DNA of 64,000 nucleotides from Candidatus Omnitrophota bacterium (lineage in GTDB: Bacteria > Omnitrophota > Gorgyraeia > Duberdicusellales > 4484-171), in assembly GCA_014729775.1 (NCBI GenBank), contig WJJJ01000006.1, forward strand, positions 16,694 through 80,693, written 5' to 3'. The position numbers and the translations under genes were made by a program. This document shows positions 10,039 to 19,640 of this stretch, piece by piece. The stretch's first letter is position 1, and each line of letters begins with the position of its first letter. The notes beneath the pieces are model-generated. The model saw nothing but the letters and a program-made list of their open reading frames with translations, was not told where the DNA came from and did not search any database.

Positions 10039-10054
10039 TCGGCCTCCTTCTCTT

Positions 10055-10684
10055 CTACCGGAAAAAGACCCGGTACACTTTTAATTTTTTTTCATGCGAC
10101 TGCTCCGGAAACCGGAACGGGAGGAACTCTTTTCGCAGCCGTACCGACGTGCGGTAAGGCATCAGCACGTATTCCCCGTTCGCCCGTAGTACCGGCTCCC
10201 GACGGAGCAGGACCCCGTCCGCGTAATATTCAAGCATAAGATCGACCCTCTCTATCGGCCGGTCCCCGGTATTGCGTAATACCGTAACCAAATCATACAT
10301 CGGCGGCAGCCCTTCGGGCGACGACGTCTCCATCAGTTCCCAGTGTACGATCTCCACCTGGCCGGCAGCCTGCTGGGCCCGCAGATCAACGACATAACGG
10401 TACCCTTCCCATCCGAAAAATCCGATACCGCCGGCGCATATCACTATCACAATAATTTTCAGCGCCGGATACATCTTCCGCCAGTCAAACCAGATCCGCC
10501 CTGGGGACGGTCCGGCAGAGGATTCCCCGCGGCCGGAAAAGAACATAAAGAGCGCGGCGCCGGCTAAGGCCGTCGCCCACACCGCGGCAAGCGCGGCGCC
10601 GGCAAGAAAAAAAAGCACGGCCAGCAGTGCCAGCAGACAGGCAAAAAGCGCGCATACCTTTTTCTGCGCGGAATTCATGTACAT
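10055..10684 (-). CDS. Hypothetical membrane protein with C-terminal beta-sandwich-like domain
   Basis: Three hydrophobic segments and an LRNTGDRPI motif. In operon context. Confidence 0.6.
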   Translation of the reverse strand: MYMNSAQKKVCALFACLLALLAVLFFLAGAALAAVWATALAGAALFMFFSGRGESSAGPSPGRIWFDWRKMYPALKIIVIVICAGGIGFFGWEGYRYVVDLRAQQAAGQVEIVHWELMETSSPEGLPPMYDLVTVLRNTGDRPIERVDLMLEYYADGVLLRREPVLRANGEYVLMPYRTSVRLRKEFLPFRFPEQSHEKKLKVYRVFFR

Positions 10685-10693
10685 CTTCCTTCC

Positions 10694-11281
10694 TTACCGT
10701 TTCTTTTTTTTGGCCGAAACCGAAAATTCAGCCGCTTTCTTCACAATATGCGGCACGAGTTCATCGATATCATGCCCGGAATTCACTTTCACGGTCACGT
10801 CGGCGTATTTCCTGTAGAGAGGAACGCGTTCGCGGTAAAGCGCCTCGATACCCCCGTTCCCTGTGCCGACAATGCCCCGGGAACGGTCATCCCGGATCCA
10901 ATCTTTCACGTCCCGCGCCGAAGCGGAAAGATAGACGACAATGGTATGGGCGCGGAGAAATTTCATCGCGCGCGGTGAATATACCGCGCTGCCTCCCGGT
11001 GAGATCACGGCTCTGAGCGTGGTCAGAGGAAGACTTCGAATCACCTTGTCTTCCCACTGAAGGAACCGCTTCTCGCCCAATACCTCAACAATGCGCGCCA
11101 ACGGTTTATTGAGCGTCAATTCCATGATTTTATCGGTGTCAAAAAACGCCCATTTCATATACTCGGAAACCTCCCGGCCAAGTACGCTCTTCCCCACGCC
11201 GGGCATGCCGATGAATGAAACATTGGGGATATCTGCCTGAAAAGAATCCTCGTAATAGCTCATGGGATCACGAAACTCCAA
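10694..11281 (-). CDS. aroK: Shikimate kinase
   Basis: Walker A GMPGVGKS, DTD, GGS and R-x-P-L-Y motifs. Confidence 0.85.
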   Translation of the reverse strand: MEFRDPMSYYEDSFQADIPNVSFIGMPGVGKSVLGREVSEYMKWAFFDTDKIMELTLNKPLARIVEVLGEKRFLQWEDKVIRSLPLTTLRAVISPGGSAVYSPRAMKFLRAHTIVVYLSASARDVKDWIRDDRSRGIVGTGNGGIEALYRERVPLYRKYADVTVKVNSGHDIDELVPHIVKKAAEFSVSAKKKKR

Positions 11282-11879
11282 CGGCAGAACGAACCACCGC
11301 TTCTGCCAAAGAAATCACCGGATCAAGAATTCCGGTCGCAAGTAGAAAAATCAAAATAAAAAAACTAAACGGCTCAATACGCGCGAATACCCGTTGCGCT
11401 GACGCGGGCAAAAAGGTGAAAAGCACCCGGGATCCGTCCAGCGGCGGCAGAGGAAGAAGATTGAACAGCCCGAGGATGATATTGATGCGTATCACGATCT
11501 CCAACACCTTTATCATGACGGGATTGAGCGTCATGAACCTCAAAGCGGCAAAAGACAGGACCGCGATAAAAAAATTCACCGCGCATCCTGAAAGAGCCAC
11601 CGCGACCCGGGCAAAACGGGAATCCCTCAGGACGCCGTAATTGACCGGAACCGGTTTTGCCCAGCCGAATCCGACGAGCAATACCATCAGGGCCCCGATC
11701 GGATCAATATGAACTGCCGGATTCAGCGACAAACGTCCGTCTCGATAGGCGGTCTCATCCCCGAACAAAAGCGCAGCAGTGCCGTGGGCGACTTCATGAA
11801 AAATCACCGAATAGAGCAGCAACGTGGTGAGAATGACAAATACCAGCGGACTCTGGAAAAATAAGCTCAATAATCCCAT
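11268..11879 (-). CDS. Site-2 protease family (M50) zinc metalloprotease
   Basis: HEVAH, GWAKPVPVN and FNLLPLPPLDG. Confidence 0.93.
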   Translation of the reverse strand: MGLLSLFFQSPLVFVILTTLLLYSVIFHEVAHGTAALLFGDETAYRDGRLSLNPAVHIDPIGALMVLLVGFGWAKPVPVNYGVLRDSRFARVAVALSGCAVNFFIAVLSFAALRFMTLNPVMIKVLEIVIRINIILGLFNLLPLPPLDGSRVLFTFLPASAQRVFARIEPFSFFILIFLLATGILDPVISLAEAVVRSAVGVS

Positions 11880-11894
11880 CTGCTTTCCCGCGCG

Positions 11895-12461
11895 TTATTT
11901 CTTTTCCCAGACATGCTTCCCCTTGGTCTTATCGTACCGCTCAAACCAATCTCCCGACGCGGCTCTTTTGTAGTGATCCCGGAAAAAGATCCGTTCGACC
12001 TGAGAGACCTCGAGGTTGTTTTTTGCCGCGGTGACACGGTAAATCTGCCGTCTGGCTTTATTTTCTTTCTCAATGACCTGTTGAATTTCCTCTTTTTTTT
12101 CGGGAGCAATGTTCATGTCGATCAGTTCGATGTACCCGTTACGGTTCTCGCCGACATAACCGGCTTCAAAAAACCGTTTGACTTTCGGCGCCAGTTCTTT
12201 CCTCACGGCGATCGCGTCCTCGATCTGAACGCCGGAATCCTGCGCGTAGACATTCTGAATACCGAACAGCCAATTGAGCTGAGTGGGGGAATCTCCGTAA
12301 ATCTGATCTTCGATACTGTCGGCTTCCTCAACCACGTGCTGGTAGACGTCGACCCGCATGTTGATATCTACCTTCAACGGGTCTTTTGTCTGCAGCTGAA
12401 CCCGGGGTGTGCATGCCGCCGCGCACAGCAAAGCCGTAATAAAAAAGAATATCGGTCTCAT
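11895..12461 (-). CDS. YnbE-like lipoprotein fused to DUF1318 (YdbL-like) domain
   Basis: Lipobox AAAC followed by TPRVQLQTKDPLKVDINMRVD (YnbE-like). C-terminal VGENRNGYI...ENKARRQIY...GDWF (YdbL-like). Confidence 0.78.
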   Translation of the reverse strand: MRPIFFFITALLCAAACTPRVQLQTKDPLKVDINMRVDVYQHVVEEADSIEDQIYGDSPTQLNWLFGIQNVYAQDSGVQIEDAIAVRKELAPKVKRFFEAGYVGENRNGYIELIDMNIAPEKKEEIQQVIEKENKARRQIYRVTAAKNNLEVSQVERIFFRDHYKRAASGDWFERYDKTKGKHVWEKK

Positions 12462-13591
12462 TGTTCACCTCCGCGGATATCGTGAAAATACACCGTGAAA
12501 TTCCGTTCTCCCATTTCCTCCGAAAAAAAACGCAGTTCAAGCATGAGCCCGTCCGGGGCCCGGGACAACTCCCAGGAAGCTCCATTATACCGGTAATCTT
12601 GCAAGTTGGCAACGAGAGCCCGGTAGGCGCGCGGGGTCATCCGCTTCTGCAGAAACGGAAAGGGCTTCTCCTGTTTGATCTGCACCTTTCCGCCGTCGCT
12701 GTTCTCCAGCAGTCCGCTCACCCGGGGCAAACCGCCAGCGCCGTTCGCGCACAGCCGCAAATCGCCGCTGAACGCTCCCGTGATCGTCACTTTTTCCTTC
12801 CCGCCGGCCAGCTGCACCAGGGAAGCAGCGGAAATATTGCTCGCCGACAGCCGGACACACGCCGGAACGAATTCGGCGAGGTCTACCCTGCCGGCCAAAG
12901 TCCCGCGGGCTCCCAGCAGCGGATGCGAAAATTCTTTCAGAATATAGGACATGCCCCTTTTTTCGACAGGCACTCGAATCGGAACAATATCCTTTCCTTT
13001 GAGCGAAATACCGGAAAGTTCCAGCACCAACCCATCCTGCGGACATTCCCGCAGGATGATCTGATCGATTTTCAACGGGCCCGTCTCAATCCGTCCATCG
13101 CGGACGGTCAGATTCTTCACCGCGGAAATTCCTTTCCCGCGGATCATCAGATCAACATCACCCTGTACCGTCAGCGGAAACGGCTCCCGCATCTTGATCC
13201 TGCCCCGGTCCACGCGTACCGCGACGGGAGGAGCACGGGAACCTCCGGACGGCATTGGGACGCCTGTTCCCGAAACGAGATCTTTGAAACCGCGCGCCTC
13301 CACCGCGATTTGTTCGATCGTAACCGAGGTAAGCTCCGGCTGAGCGATTCCCTGCCATCGAAAACGCAGAGTAACGCGGGCACAGGTGAGACTGGCGTGC
13401 GGTTTATCGGCGCGGAAATCGTAAAGGGTGAGAGAATTAAATCCGCTCTCCACGCGTCCAACCGCGAGCGAACCGCCGAGATACCGCGGTGCTGTCCGTA
13501 AAAGACAGACTTTGATCAGAAGATTCCTTCCGCATACCAATGACAGCAGTACGAACAGCACTCCGGCCGCGATCTTTGTTCGGAGCCTCAC
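12458..13591 (-). CDS. YdbH/AsmA-like intermembrane lipid transport protein (short)
   Basis: GTG start overlaps the rhomboid stop (GTGA). N-terminal anchor, beta-rich body and C-terminal ANLQDYRY motif. Lies upstream of the YnbE/YdbL-like gene. Confidence 0.65.
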   Translation of the reverse strand: MRLRTKIAAGVLFVLLSLVCGRNLLIKVCLLRTAPRYLGGSLAVGRVESGFNSLTLYDFRADKPHASLTCARVTLRFRWQGIAQPELTSVTIEQIAVEARGFKDLVSGTGVPMPSGGSRAPPVAVRVDRGRIKMREPFPLTVQGDVDLMIRGKGISAVKNLTVRDGRIETGPLKIDQIILRECPQDGLVLELSGISLKGKDIVPIRVPVEKRGMSYILKEFSHPLLGARGTLAGRVDLAEFVPACVRLSASNISAASLVQLAGGKEKVTITGAFSGDLRLCANGAGGLPRVSGLLENSDGGKVQIKQEKPFPFLQKRMTPRAYRALVANLQDYRYNGASWELSRAPDGLMLELRFFSEEMGERNFTVYFHDIRGGEQ

Positions 13592-14385
13592 TCGCGGCTT
13601 TCCTTTTCCAGAATTTTTCTTTCTCTCCTGGTAAGAGAATCCATGCCCTCCCGGGAAATCTTTTCCAGTATCCGGTCCATTTCCCTGCGCCTGTCCGCGT
13701 GTCCGTCTTTCCCAGAGCCGAGCCACTGACGAAGCCGGTTTTTCAAAGCGTTCCAGGAAAAAATCCGGGCGGCAAAGAACCGAAACCGTTCCTGTTTGAC
13801 GTACAGGTACCCGATCCCCAGTCCCGCCAAATGAGCACTGTGGGCAATGCCTCCTCTTGGAGAGCCGAGCAGTGCCATTAATGTCAGACCGATGAATAAG
13901 AAAACCGCGTATTTGATCTTCATCGGAAACAGAAACAATACCAAGACCACGGTTTCGGGAAACATCACGGCGTAAGCGGCAAGCAGACCGAATATCGCGC
14001 CCGACGCGCCCACGATCGGGACCCCGGATCCCGGAGCAAGCAAAAAGCTGCACAGTCCCGCCCCGACGCCGGTGAGAAAATAGAATTTCAAGAACTCCCT
14101 TTTTCCCCACGCGGCCTCGATCCCGGGACCGAAAAAATACAATACCATCATGTTCACCAACAGATGGAAGAGTCCTCCATGAAGGAAAAGGTAGGTCACG
14201 AACTGCCAGATCATCAGGCGGGAGAACACCAGTACCGGCACCAGCCCGAACACGCGGAACCACGGAAAGTGGGCGAATATCGTACTTAGTAAAAACACGA
14301 CGACGTTCGCGATCAGCAGATTTTTTACCCCGGGAGTGATTCCGTATCCCGGATCGAATTGCGTATAGGTGCGATAGGGCGACAT
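13588..14385 (-). CDS. Rhomboid family intramembrane serine protease
   Basis: WQFVTYLFLH, HLLVNM, GASG and AHSAHLAG. C-terminal DRILEKIS..G..SLT..E tail. Confidence 0.93.
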   Translation of the reverse strand: MSPYRTYTQFDPGYGITPGVKNLLIANVVVFLLSTIFAHFPWFRVFGLVPVLVFSRLMIWQFVTYLFLHGGLFHLLVNMMVLYFFGPGIEAAWGKREFLKFYFLTGVGAGLCSFLLAPGSGVPIVGASGAIFGLLAAYAVMFPETVVLVLFLFPMKIKYAVFLFIGLTLMALLGSPRGGIAHSAHLAGLGIGYLYVKQERFRFFAARIFSWNALKNRLRQWLGSGKDGHADRRREMDRILEKISREGMDSLTRRERKILEKESRE

Positions 14386-14411
14386 TGATACTCCTTTACA
14401 GCGGCGGGTTA

Positions 14412-14972
14412 TTATGCCTTGTTTTTCGCGAGCATGTTACAGAACAGCTGACCCTGTTCAATGGCATCATCAAGCGCGACATGCGTTTTCCGATTCTGAT
14501 CAAACCATTCCTTAGGCATAGTGCTTTTGGTCACTTTCAAAAAGGGCATTTTCAAAACCGCGGCGGCATAGGACTTCACGTCTAAAGCCACATAGGAAAA
14601 AGGACTTTCTCCCGTGAATTTCATCAGATACCAGAGCACGAATAAGAAATCGAACGACGCCGGGTACGCCACGAATACCGGCTTCCCGGGCAGGGAATGA
14701 ATCCACTGCACATACTCATTCATGGCTTTTTCGGGATCCTGGGGATTCTTCCGGGCTTCCTCCCAGGCCTTCGTCCTGGATTTCCACCACTGCATCGTAT
14801 CCGGATCCTGTCCCGCGCCCGGAAGTTCGGCCAGATTCACGCTGAACGTAGAAACCAGTTCCTTCCCGGCGGTAAACGCGGCCGACCCCAAACTCAGCAT
14901 CGAATACTGGCCGGGAACCGGGCCGTCCGCTTCAATATCCGTACTCACATATATTTCCTTTGCGTCTTTCAC
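14412..14972 (-). CDS. DEDDh 3'-5' exonuclease (RNase AS/Rv2179c-like)
   Basis: [18 protein letters not shown] and [11 protein letters not shown]. Confidence 0.85.
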   Translation of the reverse strand: MKDAKEIYVSTDIEADGPVPGQYSMLSLGSAAFTAGKELVSTFSVNLAELPGAGQDPDTMQWWKSRTKAWEEARKNPQDPEKAMNEYVQWIHSLPGKPVFVAYPASFDFLFVLWYLMKFTGESPFSYVALDVKSYAAAVLKMPFLKVTKSTMPKEWFDQNRKTHVALDDAIEQGQLFCNMLAKNKA

Positions 14973-15184
14973 GAGGTTCTCCAGATCATCCGGATCTCCA
15001 GTACTTCACCGCAGTCAGGGCAGCGGAACATCTGTCTTTTGGGATCCACCCATTCCACGTATTCATGTCCCTCTACAATCCTGCCGCAAAAATCACATTT
15101 ATAGAGTTCCTCTTCATCTTTGGGAAACAGCGGACCGCAAGAATGATCAGACCCGGGAAATGTGTACTCGTCGCCGTATGCCAT
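14969..15184 (-). CDS. Small zinc-ribbon protein
   Basis: CDFC-x19-CPDC. Stop overlaps the exonuclease start (ATGA). Confidence 0.65.
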   Translation of the reverse strand: MAYGDEYTFPGSDHSCGPLFPKDEEELYKCDFCGRIVEGHEYVEWVDPKRQMFRCPDCGEVLEIRMIWRTS

Positions 15185-15189
15185 AAGTA

Positions 15190-15936
15190 TTACTGGATTT
15201 CTGCGGTGAAAGTTCCCTTGATCAGCGTCTTTCCGTCTTCGGTCGGCACGCAGAGAAACACTTCTCCGGGCAAAGAGACACCGTAGGGGGTACCGAACTT
15301 CAGATACAGCACGTATCCTTCGCTGACTTCCCGCTCCCGCGGAAACTTGTCACCTTCTGACCGCCAATACAGCTGTATGCGCGGATTCATAATCGAGGGA
15401 TTGCCCGGATCGACCCGTATCACCTTATTTTCCAAGGAATCATCATCTTCTTCGGTAAACAATATGAAATAGACCGCGTTGCGGGGAAGCAGGGGATTTC
15501 CTTCCACCAATTTCAGTAAATTCCCCTGGATGCTGGCTTGCTCCAGTTTGCATTCCTGCCCGTGTATTCGGCCGGCTACCTTTGCGTGAGGAATCGAAAT
15601 CGAATCAACTTTCGCCGGACAGCCCAGAAGAGCCATTCTCTCCGCCGCATCTTCCTGCGCTGCCGCCGCCGGAACCTCCTCATCAACGACGCCGGTTCCT
15701 CCAGCGTGCGGTTTCGGCTCCGGTTTCAACACCGTCCCGTCTTCCAGTACTATTTTTTCAATGTCGTCCAGCCAATAGGTAAGATCCATCCCCAGCCAGC
15801 GTATCTTGATATACTGATCAGTCTGTTCAAGCAAAGTACCGTCGAGCGTACGTCCCGATTTCAGATGCACCTTAGTCTCCGCCCAAGCACTTATCCCTAC
15901 GCAAAAAATGAGCACCGTGAGAATAAACCTTTTCAT
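15190..15936 (-). CDS. Secreted hypothetical protein with shared N-terminal LKxG...TYW..DI module
   Basis: Signal peptide (SAWA), module HLKSGRTLDG...TYWLDDIEKI, Pro/Ala linker and unknown beta-rich C domain. Confidence 0.75.
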   Translation of the reverse strand: MKRFILTVLIFCVGISAWAETKVHLKSGRTLDGTLLEQTDQYIKIRWLGMDLTYWLDDIEKIVLEDGTVLKPEPKPHAGGTGVVDEEVPAAAAQEDAAERMALLGCPAKVDSISIPHAKVAGRIHGQECKLEQASIQGNLLKLVEGNPLLPRNAVYFILFTEEDDDSLENKVIRVDPGNPSIMNPRIQLYWRSEGDKFPREREVSEGYVLYLKFGTPYGVSLPGEVFLCVPTEDGKTLIKGTFTAEIQ

Positions 15937-15938
15937 CT

Positions 15939-16838
15939 TTACTCCACCCGTACCTTGAGCCGTTTTCCGCCCCAGTTCGTAATTCCGAAATTATCCGTAA
16001 AAAAAACGACCACCCTGTCCCAGTCTTCCTTGAATATCTTCATCGGGATGTTGTCATGCCCGATACCCGGCTCCACCTTTTTCACGTAAGGTTTATTCAT
16101 TTCATTAAACCACTTCTCCAGCTTCAGCAGAGTTTCGTAGGCGCTATCCTGATCACCGCACACCATTAATGTCCGCGGCAGACGACGCGCGTCCTCTTTA
16201 CGGAACCCCGGCGGCAGGAATCCGGCCACCATCGCGAACAGTTTCACCCGGGGATCCGCGGAGGCAACCTCAAGCCCGATCGTCCCGCCCAGAGAATACC
16301 CAACGATGCCTATTTTTTCTTTATCGGCGTTCGGGATCATTTGAGCGTAATCAACGACGCGAACGAACGTGTTTCCCCAATTGCTCCGCGCGCTTTGGAA
16401 ATAATGCACGTTGATCGCGATCACCCCTTCGTTCATCAAATCGGTCGCGAATCTTTTATACCGCTGGGCCCGGTCTCCTTGAATTCCGGCCGAACCGTGG
16501 ATCAGGATCACCACCGGACAAAGTGAGGTGCCGGGATTGTATACGTCGATCCGGACTTCATCATCTCCTACTTCTATCGTTTCCCGACTGAGCCCTTTCA
16601 CTGCTTTTGCCGCAGGGAATTCGGAAGAACCTATTTCTTCGATGTCATCCTTCCAGTAGGTAAGGATCGTCCCGTACCTTTTAACTTTGATGTATTCGTC
16701 GGTCTGTTCGATAATCGGCGCGCGGATCACCTCTCCGCGTTTCAAACGGATCACTTCCGCGAAACCCGGACCGATCCCCCCCCAAATCCCTGCCGAGAAT
16801 ACCGCCGCCGACACCCAGCACAATAAATGTTTTTTCAT
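15939..16838 (-). CDS. Secreted alpha/beta hydrolase (dienelactone hydrolase-like) with shared N-terminal module
   Basis: IHGSAG, GYSLGG nucleophile elbow, GDQD and GH triad residues. Start at ATG 16838 behind GAGGAG. Confidence 0.82.
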   Translation of the reverse strand: MKKHLLCWVSAAVFSAGIWGGIGPGFAEVIRLKRGEVIRAPIIEQTDEYIKVKRYGTILTYWKDDIEEIGSSEFPAAKAVKGLSRETIEVGDDEVRIDVYNPGTSLCPVVILIHGSAGIQGDRAQRYKRFATDLMNEGVIAINVHYFQSARSNWGNTFVRVVDYAQMIPNADKEKIGIVGYSLGGTIGLEVASADPRVKLFAMVAGFLPPGFRKEDARRLPRTLMVCGDQDSAYETLLKLEKWFNEMNKPYVKKVEPGIGHDNIPMKIFKEDWDRVVVFFTDNFGITNWGGKRLKVRVE

Positions 16839-16853
16839 CGTTCTCCTCATCAC

Positions 16854-17933
16854 TTATATTTTAATCCGGTTTCCGTTTTCGTCAAAGAAAAACATCCTTT
16901 TTTCGTCGATCTCCACGCCGACTTGAGCACAGTCTCCCGGAATATCCCCACGGCGGGCGACGGTCACTTCCCGTTCCGAGCCGACGTCCACGCGCGCGTA
17001 TGTTTCCTCTCCCAGAGATTCGGTATAGACCACCCTCCCGTTCATCTGCCCTCCTTCCTTAATCGTACGGGCGGCAGCCGGCCGGAATCCAAAATATACC
17101 CGCCCGTCCTGATACGGTTCCAACCCGGAGCCGAATCGTTCCGGAAGCTCTATCCTTATCCCCTCTTCGGCCAGCACCGGCCCGCCGTCGAAACCGACCT
17201 CCATACTGAGCACGTTCATCGGCGGAGTACCGATGAAACCGGCGACAAACAGCGTGCCCGGATCATGATACAACTCGCGGGGGGGCGAAATCTGCTCAAC
17301 TCTGCCTTCGCGTAACACCACTACCGCCTCTCCCAGCGACATGGCCTCCACCTGATCGTGAGTCACGTACATGATCGTTTTGCCGAGCCGCTGGTGAAGT
17401 TTGATAAACTCCCCTCTCAGTTCAATCCGCAATTTAGCGTCAAGGTTTGACAGCGGCTCGTCGAACAGAAACAGATCCGGATCACGCACGATCGCCCGGC
17501 CGGTAGCAACCCGCTGCTGCTGCCCCCCTGAAAGTTCCCGCGGATAACTATTTAATTTATGTTCGATATCCAGAATGCGGCTTACCTCCCGTACCCGCGA
17601 TGAAATCTCTTCGCGGGCAGCTTTTCTGACCCGCAGTCCGAACGCGATATTTTCGTATACGGACAGGTGCGGATAAAGCGCATAGTTTTGAAATACCATG
17701 GCGATATTGCGCCGGTAGGGCGGGCGGTGCGTCACATCCCGGCAACCGAGGAGTACCCGCCCGGCGGAAACTTCTTCAAGCCCGGCGATGCAGTTCAGCA
17801 GCGTCGATTTCCCGCATCCCGACGGACCGAGGATCACGTAGAACTTTCCCTCGGGAACGAAAAGATCAAGCTGATCAAGAGCGGTCAGCTCCCCGAACTT
17901 TTTACTCACTTTTTCCAGCTTCACTTCGGCCAT
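16854..17933 (-). CDS. Carbohydrate ABC transporter ATP-binding subunit (MalK-like)
   Basis: [35 protein letters not shown] and YVTHDQ. Confidence 0.95.
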   Translation of the reverse strand: MAEVKLEKVSKKFGELTALDQLDLFVPEGKFYVILGPSGCGKSTLLNCIAGLEEVSAGRVLLGCRDVTHRPPYRRNIAMVFQNYALYPHLSVYENIAFGLRVRKAAREEISSRVREVSRILDIEHKLNSYPRELSGGQQQRVATGRAIVRDPDLFLFDEPLSNLDAKLRIELRGEFIKLHQRLGKTIMYVTHDQVEAMSLGEAVVVLREGRVEQISPPRELYHDPGTLFVAGFIGTPPMNVLSMEVGFDGGPVLAEEGIRIELPERFGSGLEPYQDGRVYFGFRPAAARTIKEGGQMNGRVVYTESLGEETYARVDVGSEREVTVARRGDIPGDCAQVGVEIDEKRMFFFDENGNRIKI

Positions 17934-17937
17934 GCAT

Positions 17938-18756
17938 TTATCCTTTCATCGCTCCGGAAAGATACCCGGGACGGATATACCTCTGCAGGGCAAACGTAAA
18001 AATAAGGACCGGTATCGTGATAATCACCGCATAGGTTGCCGAAGAAAAAATATTCCCCCGGGAGATATAATAATACATTTTCAGCGGCATCGTCGGTTTC
18101 GACAGTGTCAGGTAAGAGGCGTAAATGAACTCATCCCACGAAAACATGAACGAAAAAATCCCGGCCACGCTGATACCCCTTAAAGACAGCGGCAAAACTA
18201 TTTTAAAAAACGCGTAGAGACGGCCGGCCCCGTCGATCAGCGCCTGTTTCTCAAGTTCTTTCGGAAAACTGGAAAACACTCCCACCAGAATAAAACAACT
18301 GATCGGCAGAACCCGGACCAGATGCGCCAGCATTAAGCCGAAAACGGTATCGAACAGTCCCCCTTTGATGAACGTAATCGAAACCGGCAGAGCGATGCTG
18401 ATTTCCGGGATCATCCGGGTGAGAAAGATGACCAGAATCAGTCCGTACCGGGCCCGGTAGCGAAACCGGGAAATCGCGTAGGCCGCGGGCACGGTGAGCA
18501 AAAGGCTTAACACGCTCGTCCCCAGCGCGGTCACAACGCTTTTGCTCAACGGCGCGAAGAACACGCTGCCGGAAGCGAGCACGTCGCGGAAATGGCTGAG
18601 AGTAAAATGCCGTACCAAATAGGGCGGATTCTGCGTAAACACGTCCCGGGGCGCGCTGACCGATATTTTCAACATGATATACATCGGAAAAACCAGCAGG
18701 CAGACGAGGATGAGTACCGTCATCCAGAAAAAAGTCCGTTTGACTGGTCTATTCAT
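17938..18756 (-). CDS. Carbohydrate ABC transporter permease (MalG-like)
   Basis: EAA-type loop LEKQALIDGA and six TM helices. ATGA overlap with the upstream permease. Confidence 0.92.
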   Translation of the reverse strand: MNRPVKRTFFWMTVLILVCLLVFPMYIMLKISVSAPRDVFTQNPPYLVRHFTLSHFRDVLASGSVFFAPLSKSVVTALGTSVLSLLLTVPAAYAISRFRYRARYGLILVIFLTRMIPEISIALPVSITFIKGGLFDTVFGLMLAHLVRVLPISCFILVGVFSSFPKELEKQALIDGAGRLYAFFKIVLPLSLRGISVAGIFSFMFSWDEFIYASYLTLSKPTMPLKMYYYISRGNIFSSATYAVIITIPVLIFTFALQRYIRPGYLSGAMKG

Positions 18757-19640
18757 GCGCCCGCGATTCCTTTCCTGCCTGCCGTTTTCAGATAGATCAA
18801 TACCGCGCACAGGATCATCCCCAGCAGAATAACCGAACTTGCCGCGGAAGTGTAGGGATTATTGTATTCCTGGTACTCCAGATAGGCGAAGGTGCCGATC
18901 ACTTTCAGGTTCTGTCCCATCAGGATCAGCGGCACCGCGAAAATACGGAACGCATCGACCCCTCGGATAATCACCGCGGCGGTAATCGACGGTACCAGCA
19001 GCGGCAGGGTAATCCGCCGGAACGTATAGAACACGCCCGCTCCGTCGATCCGGGCCGCCTTGTAGAGCACCGGATCGATCGACTGCAGACCGGATAAAAG
19101 GATCAGCATCACGATCGGTGTGACCTTCCAGCTGTCGGCGAGACTGACCATGACAATCGACCGCCACCCTCCGGACATCCAGTACACCGGCTCATTCAAT
19201 ACGCCCAGGTCCATGAGAATGCGGTTAATCCATCCCTGACCGGAAAACAGATAACTCATCATCACGCCGACGACTGCCGTGGGAATCGCTAAGGGAAGAA
19301 TAAAGACCGGCCGCAGGAACCGGATAACCCGAGAGCTTTTTGAAAGGATCAGCGCAAACAAGAACCCCAGACCGATCTCGATCGAAAGACTCAAAAAAGC
19401 GATAGAAACCGTATGAAACATCGCCAGACGGAACCCCTCCTGGGCAAACAATTCGCGGTAGTGGCTCATTGTAAGGCCGTTTCCTTCCACCGGCTCAAGA
19501 CTGAGCAATACCGTACGTGCAATCGGAACGACGGTCAGCACGCAGAGAAAAATCAGCAGCGGAAGGATACAGATAAGTTCGAAATGTTTCTTTCGCGCGC
19601 GACGCGCCAGCAACGGAAAAAAGGATAACAAACGGTTCAT
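18753..19640 (-). CDS. Carbohydrate ABC transporter permease (MalF-like)
   Basis: DSWKVTP and GLQSIDPVLYKAARIDGA. Confidence 0.92.
   Translation of the reverse strand: MNRLLSFFPLLARRARKKHFELICILPLLIFLCVLTVVPIARTVLLSLEPVEGNGLTMSHYRELFAQEGFRLAMFHTVSIAFLSLSIEIGLGFLFALILSKSSRVIRFLRPVFILPLAIPTAVVGVMMSYLFSGQGWINRILMDLGVLNEPVYWMSGGWRSIVMVSLADSWKVTPIVMLILLSGLQSIDPVLYKAARIDGAGVFYTFRRITLPLLVPSITAAVIIRGVDAFRIFAVPLILMGQNLKVIGTFAYLEYQEYNNPYTSAASSVILLGMILCAVLIYLKTAGRKGIAGA

Noticed and set aside
9169-10239. 356-aa + strand ORF
   Set aside because: Antisense shadow of mscS with no recognisable motifs.
10694-11281. Shikimate kinase lacking the usual FRxxE arginine (FLQWE)
   Set aside because: Other motifs are intact, and I recall similar variants among annotated shikimate kinases. 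Not enough to claim a new activity.
13592-14263. N-terminal 224 aa of the 601-aa ORF
   Set aside because: Overlaps the rhomboid gene in another frame. A GTGA-coupled start at 13591 gives a normal N-terminal anchor.
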